A DNA stretch of 64,000 nt from Candidatus Obscuribacterales bacterium (GCA_965228855.1 CBDDIJ010000003.1:3424001-3488000); one strand, 5' to 3'. Positions 19,194-29,906 are shown, counted from the stretch's first letter. A program made the numbers and translations. Notes: generated by a model not told the origin, from the letters alone.

Positions 19194-20577
19194 AGCGCAT
19201 AGAGGCTCAATTCGCAAGACATTGCTTCTCTGGTTACTCATACCACTTGTATGCTTGTGCTCGCTATCAGCATTCGTGGCTTATCGACTCGCAGAGAAAT
19301 TTGCAAATGAATCTTACGATCGACTCCTTTTGAAATCGGCTGAATCCATCGCCAGCAGGCTAGGAAGGAATGAGGCCGGGGTTGTCGTTGTAGACTTGCC
19401 ACGCGCAGCACAGGCAATCCTTCGACACAATCTAAAAGACGAATTCTATTACCAAATCGCCGACAGCTATGGTCACCGATTGACCGGCGACGCAATTCTT
19501 CCACTTCCTCAAGATGTTTCGGACGCCGGGCCGCGTTTCAAATACACAGTAATAGATGGTCAGCAAATTCGCACCTGCCGAATCTCTGTTGCGGTCAGCC
19601 CCAGTGACGACATCATCTGGGTGCAGGTTGCCGAAAGTTTGAACAATCGCCGCCGCTTTTTGGAGCAAATTTTCTTGAGCATTTTGGCACCGCAGTTGAT
19701 GCTCGTACTATTGGCGAGCCTCTCCGTCTGGCTTGGCGTCAAGCACGGTCTTGACCCGCTTGAGAGACTCGGGAAGTTGCTTAAATCAAGAGGTGAACTA
19801 GATCTATCCCCCGTAGAAATTGGTGAAACCCCAGCGGAATTAGAGCCGGTTTCCACGGCTTTGAATAAACTTTTTGCAAACGCAAACAATCACATTCACT
19901 TGCAACGACAATTTATCGGCAACGCCGCTCACCAGCTCAGAACACCGGTCACCGCGTTGAAAACATATGTCGATTACGCAGAAAGAATCAAAGACACCGA
20001 AAAGGACACACTCGACACTGTATTGAAACAAATGTCGGAAGCTTCGAGCCGCGTGGCTCACATGGTCAACCGTTTATTGAGCCTTGCGCGCTCGGAAGAA
20101 CACGATCGCAAGGACATCGAGAACATGGACTTGACCGAAGCAGTAAACGACGCGGCTTCAAACGTTGTACACGAAGCGCTCAGCCGTGGAGTCAACATGG
20201 AATTCGACCTTCCCGAGACACCAGTGATGGTGCGCGCAGATCGAGGAGACGTCGTCGAAATGTTGACGAACCTTTTCGACAACGCCATTCGATATACCGC
20301 GCCGAAAGGCTTTGTGGAAGTTAAAATCGAGCAAGGTGAGCAAATTACGCTCACCGTTGCTGATAACGGTCCTGGAATCGCCGATTCCGAAAAAGAAAAA
20401 GTTTTTCAACGCTTCTACAGAATCCCTGGAACCAACGGTTCCGGATGCGGACTGGGTTTGTCCATTGTGGGCGAAGTAGCAAGTACTAACGATGCAAACG
20501 TAGACGTACTGGACCGTCCCGACGGTGGCACTATTTTCCGTGTCATTTTTCCCGCGGTCGCAAATTACGTGGATTAG
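19180..20577 (+). CDS. Sensor histidine kinase (TctE/QseC-like)
   Basis: Two TM helices, H-box AAHQLRTP, NLFDNAIRY, DNGPGI, GCGLGLSIV. Overlaps the regulator stop. Confidence 0.92.
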   Translation: MSSRKAHRGSIRKTLLLWLLIPLVCLCSLSAFVAYRLAEKFANESYDRLLLKSAESIASRLGRNEAGVVVVDLPRAAQAILRHNLKDEFYYQIADSYGHRLTGDAILPLPQDVSDAGPRFKYTVIDGQQIRTCRISVAVSPSDDIIWVQVAESLNNRRRFLEQIFLSILAPQLMLVLLASLSVWLGVKHGLDPLERLGKLLKSRGELDLSPVEIGETPAELEPVSTALNKLFANANNHIHLQRQFIGNAAHQLRTPVTALKTYVDYAERIKDTEKDTLDTVLKQMSEASSRVAHMVNRLLSLARSEEHDRKDIENMDLTEAVNDAASNVVHEALSRGVNMEFDLPETPVMVRADRGDVVEMLTNLFDNAIRYTAPKGFVEVKIEQGEQITLTVADNGPGIADSEKEKVFQRFYRIPGTNGSGCGLGLSIVGEVASTNDANVDVLDRPDGGTIFRVIFPAVANYVD

Positions 20578-20678
20578 CTTGCCACCTGCTTTACGGTTGA
20601 TAGCGCAGACAGTGCCGGAAATCTTGGTGAAATTTTCCGGAGCTACAATGTGTATAGACAACAAGTAAAACCGAGGCA

Positions 20679-20903
20679 TTGAAGGCATTGCGAAAGGCTG
20701 CCAGTCGCATCGAAATCCAGGTAACGAATTCCGCGAAACTAATTCTGTTTTCGGTCATGAGCTTGATAGTGGCTCAGGTGATTGGATTTGCAGTGTACGA
20801 GCACTGGCGCGACGGCGTTGCGGGCACTTTTGTCGGAACAATTGGCTACCTGACCTTACAACTTTTAACGTGGATGAGATATGGAAACCGCAAAGATGAA
20901 TAG
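20679..20903 (+). CDS. Small membrane protein, hypothetical
   Basis: Two hydrophobic segments, GAGG RBS, overlaps the next gene. Confidence 0.45.
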   Translation: MKALRKAASRIEIQVTNSAKLILFSVMSLIVAQVIGFAVYEHWRDGVAGTFVGTIGYLTLQLLTWMRYGNRKDE

Positions 20904-21228
20904 GATATCCGCAACCGTTGAAGATTTCGTGAGGAAGCATATTCGCTCAGTATGGCAACTCGAATTGCTTCTACTCATAAAATCAAGCAAGAAACCGCTA
21001 AATCTCAGCGAGATTGCGAACGCTTTATACCTGACGGACGAAATCGTATCGAGCGGTTTAAAAGATTTCGAAAGGTACGGGCTGGTCGGTCCGTCTTACA
21101 TTGAGCCGCATTCTTATGTATTTGCACCACGAACTCCTCAGCTCCGCGAGGCGGTGGAACAAACAGGAAAGGCTTATGGCGAGCGCCGCGTTGCTATTAT
21201 CAATCTGATTTTTTCGACTGCGAATTGA
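20896..21228 (+). CDS. Conserved hypothetical protein with winged-helix-like fold
   Basis: FVRKHIRSVWQLELLLL...LSEIANALYL pattern. ATG at 20896 overlaps the end of the upstream gene. Confidence 0.6.
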   Translation: MNRISATVEDFVRKHIRSVWQLELLLLIKSSKKPLNLSEIANALYLTDEIVSSGLKDFERYGLVGPSYIEPHSYVFAPRTPQLREAVEQTGKAYGERRVAIINLIFSTAN

Positions 21229-21273
21229 AACGACTTTTCAGTTTCAACTTCTGAATGCCAGAGCATTACCCCG

Positions 21274-21882
21274 TCAATCAAGCTTATTAATCCAATCAAC
21301 ACAAATCTCAATTGCCCGATCTTCGGACTTCGGCTGAAATGAATGATCACCGGGAATCACTTCTGATGTGAGCGGAGCGCGAATGACTTTCTGCACCTCC
21401 GCTAGCCTATCGAGTGGACAGAGCTTGTCCTTATCACCCGTGATGAAAAGCATCGGCACTCGGATATTTTCCAGGTGCGTCCAATCGCGTGGTTTTGATT
21501 TCGGGGACATGCCAACAAGTGGCATTCCATAGAAAGCCAACGCCTTGATATCATCCCGCTCGGCTGCGACGTAGGAACCAACCCGGGCCCCAAATGACTT
21601 TCCAATTAGAATTGGCTTTCCGAACTGTTTCATGAATTCAATAGCATGCACGAGTTCGGGCTTTTCGTTCTTTCCGCCGGCTGACGGTGCCGGCTTCTTT
21701 CCTATATAGCTAAAATTGTAGCGGAGTACTATAAAACCCAGATCCGCCAGTCGCGATGCCGTTTTCTCAAGTATTGCCGCATCCATTCCGCGTCCGGCAC
21801 CATGGCTGATGATTACCGGTCCACGCTCGTTGGCACCGGATATGATACCGTCCAGTTCAAAAGGCACTATCGCTTTAGTCAT
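21274..21882 (-). CDS. Alpha/beta hydrolase (KANL3/Tex30-like)
   Basis: HGAG, GKSFG nucleophile elbow, GDKD and GDHSF catalytic residues. Confidence 0.82.
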   Translation of the reverse strand: MTKAIVPFELDGIISGANERGPVIISHGAGRGMDAAILEKTASRLADLGFIVLRYNFSYIGKKPAPSAGGKNEKPELVHAIEFMKQFGKPILIGKSFGARVGSYVAAERDDIKALAFYGMPLVGMSPKSKPRDWTHLENIRVPMLFITGDKDKLCPLDRLAEVQKVIRAPLTSEVIPGDHSFQPKSEDRAIEICVDWINKLD

Positions 21883-22699
21883 TGAACGGCGAAGGAGCTC
21901 CCTCGATTTTTATTGACTCGGGATTGACTCCCCAGGAACGCAGCGTTTCTCTTTCGTCTTTACCGGACTCGCACTTCTTGTACTTTGCCGGAACACCTTT
22001 TACGACACGATCGCACTCAGGCCAAGTCATATGACGAGTTACCACTCCGCGAACCAGACTTAGATAAGTTTTCTTTCCACCCTTTGCCGCACTGGAGCCC
22101 TTCTTCGCAGAGCCTTTTGCCGAGCCGTTCTTACCGCTCGACGAGGTCATTTCATCTTCAGGCGGAAGCTCGCTCAAGTCCACAAAATATCCATCCAGCG
22201 GACCCACGTAAAGTCGGTCAGGTTTCTTCGTCGCAAATGAAACAGCAATTTGATCGCAACGTTCATTCCCCGGATATCCGGAGTGACCGCGCACATACTT
22301 CCATTTGATGGTAGCCGGTTTGACTCGGGCTACCTGACGGACAAGCTCTTCCCATAAATCACGATTGGCGACATCTTTGCCCTCTGCACTCTTCCAGCCG
22401 CGAGAACGCCACCCGAAAACCCACTTCGTGATTCCATTGATCAAATACTGTGAATCTGTATACAGAATAATATCGCCCTGAGGCTCTTCCAGAATCGCAA
22501 GGGCGCGAAGAGCCGCCACCATCTCCATGCGATTATTAGTTGTCTGAGGATTGCCGTCACCGAGTTCATGCACGGTTCCATTCGGTAAAACCACGACGGA
22601 CCCCCAACCTCCAGGTCCCGGATTACCGGTGCACGCACCGTCTGTAAAAATCAAAATATAGCTGGGATCGTATTTCATAAAGTCTCCGAAGAGAGTCAT
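21875..22699 (-). CDS. rnhA: Ribonuclease HI with C-terminal hybrid-binding (Cauli_VI-like) domain
   Basis: FTDGACTGNPGPGGWG, TTNNRMEM, YTDSQY, VRGHSGYPGNERCD. C-terminal TWPECDRVVKGVPAKYKK. Confidence 0.92.
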   Translation of the reverse strand: MTLFGDFMKYDPSYILIFTDGACTGNPGPGGWGSVVVLPNGTVHELGDGNPQTTNNRMEMVAALRALAILEEPQGDIILYTDSQYLINGITKWVFGWRSRGWKSAEGKDVANRDLWEELVRQVARVKPATIKWKYVRGHSGYPGNERCDQIAVSFATKKPDRLYVGPLDGYFVDLSELPPEDEMTSSSGKNGSAKGSAKKGSSAAKGGKKTYLSLVRGVVTRHMTWPECDRVVKGVPAKYKKCESGKDERETLRSWGVNPESIKIEGAPSPFND

Positions 22700-22705
22700 T
22701 ATAGA

Positions 22706-25078
22706 TTAGATCCCATCTCGAATACTGTCGGTCCACATATGTTCATCGTCTAATGTTTCGTAAACCATTTCACCGAAACCGCTGATTCCAGTGCGTCTTT
22801 CAACGATCAATTGACAATAAGGCAGACCCTTTCTGGCACGTTCTGCGTAAAACTCTTTTGCCATCGTTTTCTTGATAGGCGTATCCCTCACGTCAATCAT
22901 CTTTAGACTCTTAACACCGGAGAGATGCATGAGGTCATCGAAAGTTAGTGGAGCATATCGAAGAGCAAGCCTTTCCGGATTCAGCTTGGCTAACTCTCGT
23001 ATACATGATGAATCACAGGGCAAGTGCGAGATACAGATGGTTTTCAAATTTTTCATTTTAGCTATACGATGCACACCCTTCATCGAAAGCCCGGTCTCAG
23101 TCATGCTCAAGCGCTCGAGGTTAGTCATCCTTTCGATAGTATCCAGACTCTTATCTGTCAGCTTTTTGCATCGGTCGAGAGAGAGAAATTTGAGATTACT
23201 CATCGAGGCGAGATTAGCGATGCCGTCATCAGTGATTCCGTCGTTACGGATGAACAGCTCGGTCAATTGAGGCATAGTCGCGAGAATCGCAAGATGTTTG
23301 TCTTCCAGCCGTGGATTCTCGAAGAGACGAAGCGCCTGGAGTGTCGATAGTTGCGCGAGACTCTCTAGATGGCGACCCGACAACTCCAAACTGATGATCG
23401 CAAACGCCACCACCCCTAGTGGTCTCAATTTCAACAATCCGCCAGGAGATATATACCCCTGATCAAACCAGAGACGCTTCGAATCATTCGGATCCTTTGC
23501 ACGAAACAGCTCATCGAGCGCGTCATCGTTGACCTCACCCATATTGAATGTCCAGTGATTGCCGTCAAATTCGTTAATTTGAAATTTAGTTTCAAGCAAA
23601 GTATTTTGCAGGGTTGCCGGACTTGAAGAACTTTCCAGTACCTTCTGATCGACAGTCTTTCCGTTTCTTACGGCATGTTCAGGATTGGGATTGGACAGAA
23701 ATAAACCGAGCGCACAGAGAAGAATAAAACCTACGACAGCACCGATTGCAGCGACATCAGATTTCTCCTTGCTTCTGGCCTCAACAGTCCCATGCGAAGA
23801 CTCAATGGTCTTCGTGCGCATCGCTTGGTGCAGGGCGGATGAGTAATCACCGGCATCCGAGCTTGTCTCGAAGGCTTGCTCTTCGACGGCACCGCTTCGC
23901 AAATCGCGCAAAAGATTTTCCAGATCGTTTTTAACTTCTCCCATACTTTGATAACGATCTTCGGGTTCTTTCGCCAGGCATTTTTCGAGAATTTGATCCA
24001 GTTTCTCAGGATAATGCTTGTCCGAAACCACTTCCGAGAGTCGGGGAATTGGCGCGTTAACGTGTGACGAAACAATTTCCATTACGGTTTCGCCAGAATA
24101 AATTTGCCTCCCGGTGAGAAGCTCGAACAATATACAACCCAGTGAATAAACTTCCGAGCGCCTGTCGAAACTAATTCCCCGCATCTGGTCCGGAGACATG
24201 TAGGCGGGAGTTCCAATGATGCTGGTTCCTTCCAAAATCGTCGGTGTAGTCGTTTCAAACTTAACGCGCGCGACGCCGAAATCCACCAGCTTTGCCGACA
24301 ATCTACCGTTGGATTCCACAACCAGCATGTTGCTCGGTTTCAGATCTCGATGAAATATCTCCTTGGCATGCGAGTATGAGAGGGCATCGCAAACAGAGGA
24401 AATGATCTGCACGATAGGCTCAAGTTCAAGCATCTCATGCCGTTGTACGAACGTTGCCAGATCCTCGCCCCTGATATTCTCCAGCACCATATACGGTATC
24501 CCCGCCGGGGTGGCACCGAAGTCCAGAATTTTGACGATATTTGGATGAGTCAGCTTGGAAATTGCGCGAGCTTCCTGCTGAAATCCGAGCAGTTGCTCAG
24601 CCGACAAATGATGCAAGGTTTTGACAGCCACATAGGTGCCAAGAAGTCTGTCTATGCAAAGGTAAACAGCACCTGAGGCACCGCGTCCGAGTTCACGAAT
24701 AGGTTTGAACCTTTCGATGGGAAAAGAACTCTCAGGCAAATCAAGTCCTTCGAGTTCTTCGCCATGAATTTCAGGACCACTGTCGAACGCCGGAACCTCG
24801 GCACTGGTTCTGGTCACGGCGACATCGACGACGTCCGGAGTCTCACACCGGCATGAATCAGACCGAAAAACGAATTGAGTGAGCGAGCCATCGCGCCCCG
24901 TGCTTACGCGCTTTCGGCATTTACGACAAACTTGAAACCGATGACTATCGGAATCACCAATTGAAGTTTCCGCGGTCTTCAAGGATGCACAATTGCACAC
25001 AAATATCCACTGCGTAAGTGACCCGGATGCGCCTCCGGGTTTAGGCTGCTTGCAATTCGGACAAATTTCGTCGGTCAC
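22706..25078 (-). CDS. Receptor-like Ser/Thr kinase: tandem Cys-rich N-terminal module, kinase, TM, leucine-rich repeats
   Basis: LGRGASG, HRDLKPSN, DFG, GTPAYMSPDQ, TM helix, LRRs (LKFLSLDRCKKLTDKSL). Confidence 0.9.
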   Translation of the reverse strand: MTDEICPNCKQPKPGGASGSLTQWIFVCNCASLKTAETSIGDSDSHRFQVCRKCRKRVSTGRDGSLTQFVFRSDSCRCETPDVVDVAVTRTSAEVPAFDSGPEIHGEELEGLDLPESSFPIERFKPIRELGRGASGAVYLCIDRLLGTYVAVKTLHHLSAEQLLGFQQEARAISKLTHPNIVKILDFGATPAGIPYMVLENIRGEDLATFVQRHEMLELEPIVQIISSVCDALSYSHAKEIFHRDLKPSNMLVVESNGRLSAKLVDFGVARVKFETTTPTILEGTSIIGTPAYMSPDQMRGISFDRRSEVYSLGCILFELLTGRQIYSGETVMEIVSSHVNAPIPRLSEVVSDKHYPEKLDQILEKCLAKEPEDRYQSMGEVKNDLENLLRDLRSGAVEEQAFETSSDAGDYSSALHQAMRTKTIESSHGTVEARSKEKSDVAAIGAVVGFILLCALGLFLSNPNPEHAVRNGKTVDQKVLESSSSPATLQNTLLETKFQINEFDGNHWTFNMGEVNDDALDELFRAKDPNDSKRLWFDQGYISPGGLLKLRPLGVVAFAIISLELSGRHLESLAQLSTLQALRLFENPRLEDKHLAILATMPQLTELFIRNDGITDDGIANLASMSNLKFLSLDRCKKLTDKSLDTIERMTNLERLSMTETGLSMKGVHRIAKMKNLKTICISHLPCDSSCIRELAKLNPERLALRYAPLTFDDLMHLSGVKSLKMIDVRDTPIKKTMAKEFYAERARKGLPYCQLIVERRTGISGFGEMVYETLDDEHMWTDSIRDGI

Positions 25079-25098
25079 ATCAGCTCCCGTGTCGGTCG

Positions 25099-25989
25099 TT
25101 AGTCAGCGCTCGCACAGCAGCTCTCTATTGCCACTATAACCTCGTCTTCCGATTGTATGTGCGGTCCATGCTCACAATCATCCAGGAGAATGAGTTTGGA
25201 TGCACCAATGTGCTTTGCGAGGTTTTCTGAATTCCCGACCGGCATTAACCGATCGGTGCGACCGGCCAGTATAGTGGTCGGCCGTTTTATTTTTGAGAGA
25301 TATGAAACTCCGTCAAAACCGCGAAAGGCATGCGAGTGACCAAGCAATGCGGCCGGTCGAGTCGGAGTTTCCTTCGACGCTTCGTATATAGCTTTGAACG
25401 CCGGTTGGCAACGCTCGAACGCCTCAGCTGAGTACATCAGCTTCCAGGTGTACATGTAAATGTCCCAGAGAGTTTTCCCTTCCGGATTGGCCAGAGCCGT
25501 CGACATTGCCTTATCAGGTTTAACATAGAGAGAACCACCTGCGGTACCACTCATCAGAAACAAGGACTTAACCATCTCCTGGTGGTCGTACGCATATTGC
25601 AATGCGATGCAGCTTCCCATACTATATCCGAGCAGGTGATGAGAATCGATTCCGAACATATTAATGACTTCGAACAGGTCATCGGCCATCGCCTTGATAG
25701 AATACTCTTCAGCTTGCTTCGGAAGAAAACTCAAGCCAGTACCGCGATTGTCATAAGTAACCACGCAGAAATTCTTGGCTAGTTTTTCGACGAACGATTC
25801 CGGCCAGATACGGAGACTTCCGCCGTAGCCCATCACGAGAACAAGAGTGTCTCCGGAAGTGCTTGTGAATGTTTTTCTGGCGAAAATTCCGCTGGCGGTT
25901 TTCTCTTCGATAATTGACGGCGCGATGCTTTGTGTCATTGATTGGTTCCATGTGAAGCATCCAACATTATAGATTAGCGACCATATCAC
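25099..25989 (-). CDS. Alpha/beta fold hydrolase
   Basis: DNRGTGLS, GYSMG, GRTDRL, EHGPH. Start may be ~25938. Confidence 0.85.
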   Translation of the reverse strand: MIWSLIYNVGCFTWNQSMTQSIAPSIIEEKTASGIFARKTFTSTSGDTLVLVMGYGGSLRIWPESFVEKLAKNFCVVTYDNRGTGLSFLPKQAEEYSIKAMADDLFEVINMFGIDSHHLLGYSMGSCIALQYAYDHQEMVKSLFLMSGTAGGSLYVKPDKAMSTALANPEGKTLWDIYMYTWKLMYSAEAFERCQPAFKAIYEASKETPTRPAALLGHSHAFRGFDGVSYLSKIKRPTTILAGRTDRLMPVGNSENLAKHIGASKLILLDDCEHGPHIQSEDEVIVAIESCCASAD

Positions 25990-26363
25990 TCTGGCTGAAC
26001 GCCCAAAACTATTAAGGTAGCTACGTCAATTTAAGCATGGGCGCCGGATCTGCCTCGAATGTACGGATAAAAATACGATTCAGTCAGCTCCATTGGCAGC
26101 TTCAACTGCTGCTGGCATTATGGTGTCCATGGGCGCGGATCATGGCAGAATCGGCATCGCCGCAACTCTACCGCAATCAGGTCGCGCCCCTCAAGGTAAG
26201 CCAAAAGCTATGGTTCGACTCCATAAACTTCGAAGGCAGCTGAAAAGCAACGAACGATGAGCCTTGCAGAACGCTCAAGCTAGCGGTCTCCGCTCATCGT
26301 TCGAGCCCGAGAAAATATCGCTCGCATTTTGGCTGGATAAAACCAATATGAAGCCTTCAGGAG

Positions 26364-27155
26364 GTGATTGTCGTGGACAAGGTTATGGTTCTTTCTCTTT
26401 TGCTTGCAATTGTTATAGTCGCCGCAGCGGTGAAGTCAGTGCTCAAGCTGTTTACGAAGGTTCTCGTTTATGAAAACGAAAGAGCCTTGCTCTATCGCGA
26501 CGGTAAGTTCGTGAAGACCCTTGAGCCCGGAAAATATTGGTTGTGGAACAGAAACATCCTGATCAAACGTATGGACATTCGGGCACAGTGGTTGCACGTC
26601 GCCTCGCAGGAATTGCTTACGTCAGACAACATGCAAGTCAAAATCAGCCTCGCAGTGCAGTACAGAGTGCTGGACGTATACACCGCCCTGGAGCTGGTTG
26701 AGAACCACTACGCGACACTATATACGATGGCACAGCTAGCCCTTCGCGAAGCAGTTGCACCAATGAAGCTCGACGAGCTGATGATCGCAAGAGATGCGGT
26801 TGCAGAAACTCTATCAAAAGCGCTCACGCCCAAAGCGGCAGAATTCGGAGTAGAGGTGATTTTGGTCGGTGTTCGAGACATAATGCTGCCTGGTGAAGTA
26901 AAGAAGATCATGTCGCAGGTTGTAAAGGCACAGATGGAATCAAAAGCAGCTTTGGAAAAAGCTCGCGGCGAAACCGCTGCATTGCGTTCTCTGGCGAACG
27001 CAGCCCGCATGCTCGAATCAACGCCTGGTTTGATGCAGTTGAGACTGATGCAGTCTCTCAATGAATCTACAGGCAACACGATTGTCTTCGGTGCTACTTC
27101 GAACGGATTGCTTCTGCCGAGCAATCCGAGGAAAACAGACCCAGCGTCGGAGTAG
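26364..27155 (+). CDS. SPFH/Band-7 slipin-family membrane protein
   Basis: N-terminal TM, LEPGKYW, QELLTSDN, VRDIMLPGE, ARGETAALRSLANAARML. AGGAGG RBS suggests GTG at 26373. Confidence 0.88.
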   Translation: MIVVDKVMVLSLLLAIVIVAAAVKSVLKLFTKVLVYENERALLYRDGKFVKTLEPGKYWLWNRNILIKRMDIRAQWLHVASQELLTSDNMQVKISLAVQYRVLDVYTALELVENHYATLYTMAQLALREAVAPMKLDELMIARDAVAETLSKALTPKAAEFGVEVILVGVRDIMLPGEVKKIMSQVVKAQMESKAALEKARGETAALRSLANAARMLESTPGLMQLRLMQSLNESTGNTIVFGATSNGLLLPSNPRKTDPASE

Positions 27156-27176
27156 TGATTGAACGGCTATTGCAAG

Positions 27177-27212
27177 CGGAAACCCGTACTGCTGAGGTGG
27201 TGCGGGTTTCCG
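27177..27212 (+). other. Strong hairpin after slipin stop (terminator or part of a structured RNA)
   Basis: CGGAAACCCG.../...CGGGTTTCCG perfect 10-bp stem extended by G-U pairs. U-tract is weak. Confidence 0.5.
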
Positions 27213-27320
27213 TTCGTCAGACGGGCGTTGCCAGTATGTTTTAATATTGTTTGAAACAGCCGTGAGTGGCGATTCGAGTCGAACCAACGACTTCAGGACG
27301 GATATCGAACCCAGGGAATC

Positions 27321-29906
27321 ATGTCAATCTCCGAAAAGAAATCCACACTTGATACAGGAAAAAACGAAGCGACCGGCGGATTTGTCAGGGTGCGCGGAGC
27401 ACAGCAAAATAACTTGCGCGGCATAGACGTCGACATGCCGCGAAACTCCTTTGTGGTATTCACAGGCGTGTCTGGCTCCGGCAAGTCGTCGCTCGCGTTC
27501 GGCACCATCTATGCTGAAGCTCAGCGTCGCTATTTCGACTCGATAGCTCCATACGCACGTAGACTGATTGCTCAACTGCCAGCACCTCACGTGCACGAAA
27601 TTCAAGGGCTACCACCGGCGGTGGCGCTGAAACAGCGTCGCGCAGAGCCGACCGCTCGCTCGTCCGTGGGAACGTTGACGACATTATCGAACTCGCTGCG
27701 CATGCTCTTCTCCCGAGCCGGAGACTATCCGGACGACGCGAAAGAACGACTAGACTCTGATGCTTTCTCACCTAACACTTTGACGGGCGCCTGCAGCGCA
27801 TGTCACGGTATTGGAATTCTGCACACGGTTTCAGAAGAATCGCTCGTTCCCGACCCGAATTTGACTATACGAGAGCGAGCTGTTGCTGCATGGCCCGGTG
27901 CATGGCAAGGGAAAAACTATCGCGATATTCTCTCGGTCCTTGGATACGATGTCGACAAACCATGGAAAGACCTCCCGAAGAAAGATCGGCAATGGATTTT
28001 ATTCACGGAGGAAAAACCGGTGGTCACCGTTCACGCAGAACGCGAAGCCCATCGAATTCAGCGTCCCTACAAAGGGACCTACATGAGCGCTGCCAGCTAT
28101 GTTCGCCACACATTCAGCACCACCAACAGTGCAACTTTGCGAAAGCGCGTGGCACAATTCATGGACAAGTCATTATGCGCAGTTTGCGATGGAAGACGCT
28201 TGAAACCGGAATCGCTCGCGGTAAAATTCGCCGGTTACGACATATCGCAATTGTCCCAGATGCCACTTGCGGAGGTGTCTCGCACTCTAAAAAACCATTT
28301 GGACGAACTAGAATCCGATTCACCAAGGACTGAGAAACAGAAATCCGCGAAGAGCAAAACTTCACCGAATCCTGGTGACACAAAAGAAGTTGCCGTGACT
28401 ATCGCTCGCGACTTAATAGACCGAATCGGTTTGCTCACGGAATTGGGATTGGATTATTTGGCAATGGATCGCGCAACTCCGACCCTGTCAGCCGGTGAGT
28501 TGCAGCGTTTGAGACTAACGACCCAATTGCGTTCAGGTTTATTCGGTGTCGTTTACGTCCTCGATGAACCGTCGGCCGGCCTGCATCCTGCCGACGCAGA
28601 TGCGCTCTTCAAGATGCTTCTGCAATTGAAGGAAGCTGGTAACTCGTTGTTCGTCGTCGAACACGAGATGGACATTGTTCGTCAAGCGGATTGGGTCGTC
28701 GATATCGGACCGGAAGCGGGCGATGGCGGTGGACACCTGCTTTACAGCGGACCAGTCAACGGTTTGTCTAAAGTCGAAGCCTCGTCCACGAGAAAGTTTC
28801 TCTTCTCTTCGGACGAGGTTGGGAAACGGTCCCCGCGCAAAGCAGACGTCTCACTTAAGCTGCGAGGCATCAATCGACACAATTTGAAAGACCTTGATGT
28901 TGAGTTTCCGCTTGGCGTACTAACTGTTGTAACGGGCGTTTCAGGCTCTGGGAAATCCACACTGGTCAGTCAAGTTCTGGCAGATGTGGTGACTAGCGGC
29001 TTGGGGGCAAAATCGACGCTTGATGAAAGTGACGATGAATCAGACGATGATGAGACGGATGAAGATGTCGAATTTGTCGACATGCGAAAACAGGTTCATG
29101 CCATCGACGGACTGGAAAACATTCGCCGCCTTGTGTGCGTCGACCAGAAACCTATAGGTAGAACTCCGAGATCAAATCTCGCAACATACACAGGTCTGTT
29201 CGACCACATAAGAAAAGCATTTGCCACCACTAGCGATGCCAAAGCGAAGAAGTTCAATGCTGGCCGGTTTTCATTCAACGTCACCGGCGGTCGCTGTACT
29301 ACTTGCGAGGGCGAGGGTTTCGTTTCTGTAGAACTGCTTTTTCTGCCGAGCGTTTACACGCCCTGCTCGGCTTGCGGGGGAACCAGATATAACGAGGAAA
29401 CGCTAGCGATTAAATATCGTGGAGTAAACATCGCCGAGGTTCTGGACATGACGGTTGACTCCGCCAGCGAGTTTTTCACGGAACTGCCGGCGGTGGCACG
29501 GGCGCTAAATACCCTTCGCGACGTGGGGCTCGGTTATCTTCACCTCGGTCAGCCGGCAACGGAATTGTCCGGCGGAGAAGCGCAACGCATCAAGCTTGCG
29601 ACGGAACTCCAGCGAATCCAATCCGGCAACACTCTCTATCTGTTGGACGAACCGACGACCGGTTTGCACCCAGCCGATACACAACGCCTTATGAAGCAAC
29701 TTCATGCTCTCGTTGACAGCGGTAATACAGTGATAGTTGTCGAACATGACATGGATGTCGTCTGCAATGCCGACTGGATCATTGATCTTGGACCGGGTGC
29801 AGGAAACGACGGAGGACAGGTCGTAGCCAGTGGAACGCCGGAGACCGTGGCAAAAGCTCGGGACAGTCGCACCGCACCATATTTGAAACGTAGACTGGGG
29901 AATTAA
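27321..29906 (+). CDS. uvrA: UvrA-family excinuclease ATPase, short class II (UvrA2/DrrC-like)
   Basis: Two GVSGSGKS Walker A motifs, [16 protein letters not shown] signatures, CxxC zinc fingers. 861 aa, lacking the UvrB-binding insertion. Confidence 0.88.
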   Translation: MSISEKKSTLDTGKNEATGGFVRVRGAQQNNLRGIDVDMPRNSFVVFTGVSGSGKSSLAFGTIYAEAQRRYFDSIAPYARRLIAQLPAPHVHEIQGLPPAVALKQRRAEPTARSSVGTLTTLSNSLRMLFSRAGDYPDDAKERLDSDAFSPNTLTGACSACHGIGILHTVSEESLVPDPNLTIRERAVAAWPGAWQGKNYRDILSVLGYDVDKPWKDLPKKDRQWILFTEEKPVVTVHAEREAHRIQRPYKGTYMSAASYVRHTFSTTNSATLRKRVAQFMDKSLCAVCDGRRLKPESLAVKFAGYDISQLSQMPLAEVSRTLKNHLDELESDSPRTEKQKSAKSKTSPNPGDTKEVAVTIARDLIDRIGLLTELGLDYLAMDRATPTLSAGELQRLRLTTQLRSGLFGVVYVLDEPSAGLHPADADALFKMLLQLKEAGNSLFVVEHEMDIVRQADWVVDIGPEAGDGGGHLLYSGPVNGLSKVEASSTRKFLFSSDEVGKRSPRKADVSLKLRGINRHNLKDLDVEFPLGVLTVVTGVSGSGKSTLVSQVLADVVTSGLGAKSTLDESDDESDDDETDEDVEFVDMRKQVHAIDGLENIRRLVCVDQKPIGRTPRSNLATYTGLFDHIRKAFATTSDAKAKKFNAGRFSFNVTGGRCTTCEGEGFVSVELLFLPSVYTPCSACGGTRYNEETLAIKYRGVNIAEVLDMTVDSASEFFTELPAVARALNTLRDVGLGYLHLGQPATELSGGEAQRIKLATELQRIQSGNTLYLLDEPTTGLHPADTQRLMKQLHALVDSGNTVIVVEHDMDVVCNADWIIDLGPGAGNDGGQVVASGTPETVAKARDSRTAPYLKRRLGN

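Noticed and set aside
21215..21225. CGACTGCGAAT half-site matching the WYL palindrome
   Set aside because: Single half-site inside the 3' end of a CDS between convergent genes.
26161..26240. Complete tRNA gene
   Set aside because: Only the T-arm is canonical; no acceptor, D or anticodon arms pair at tRNA spacing.
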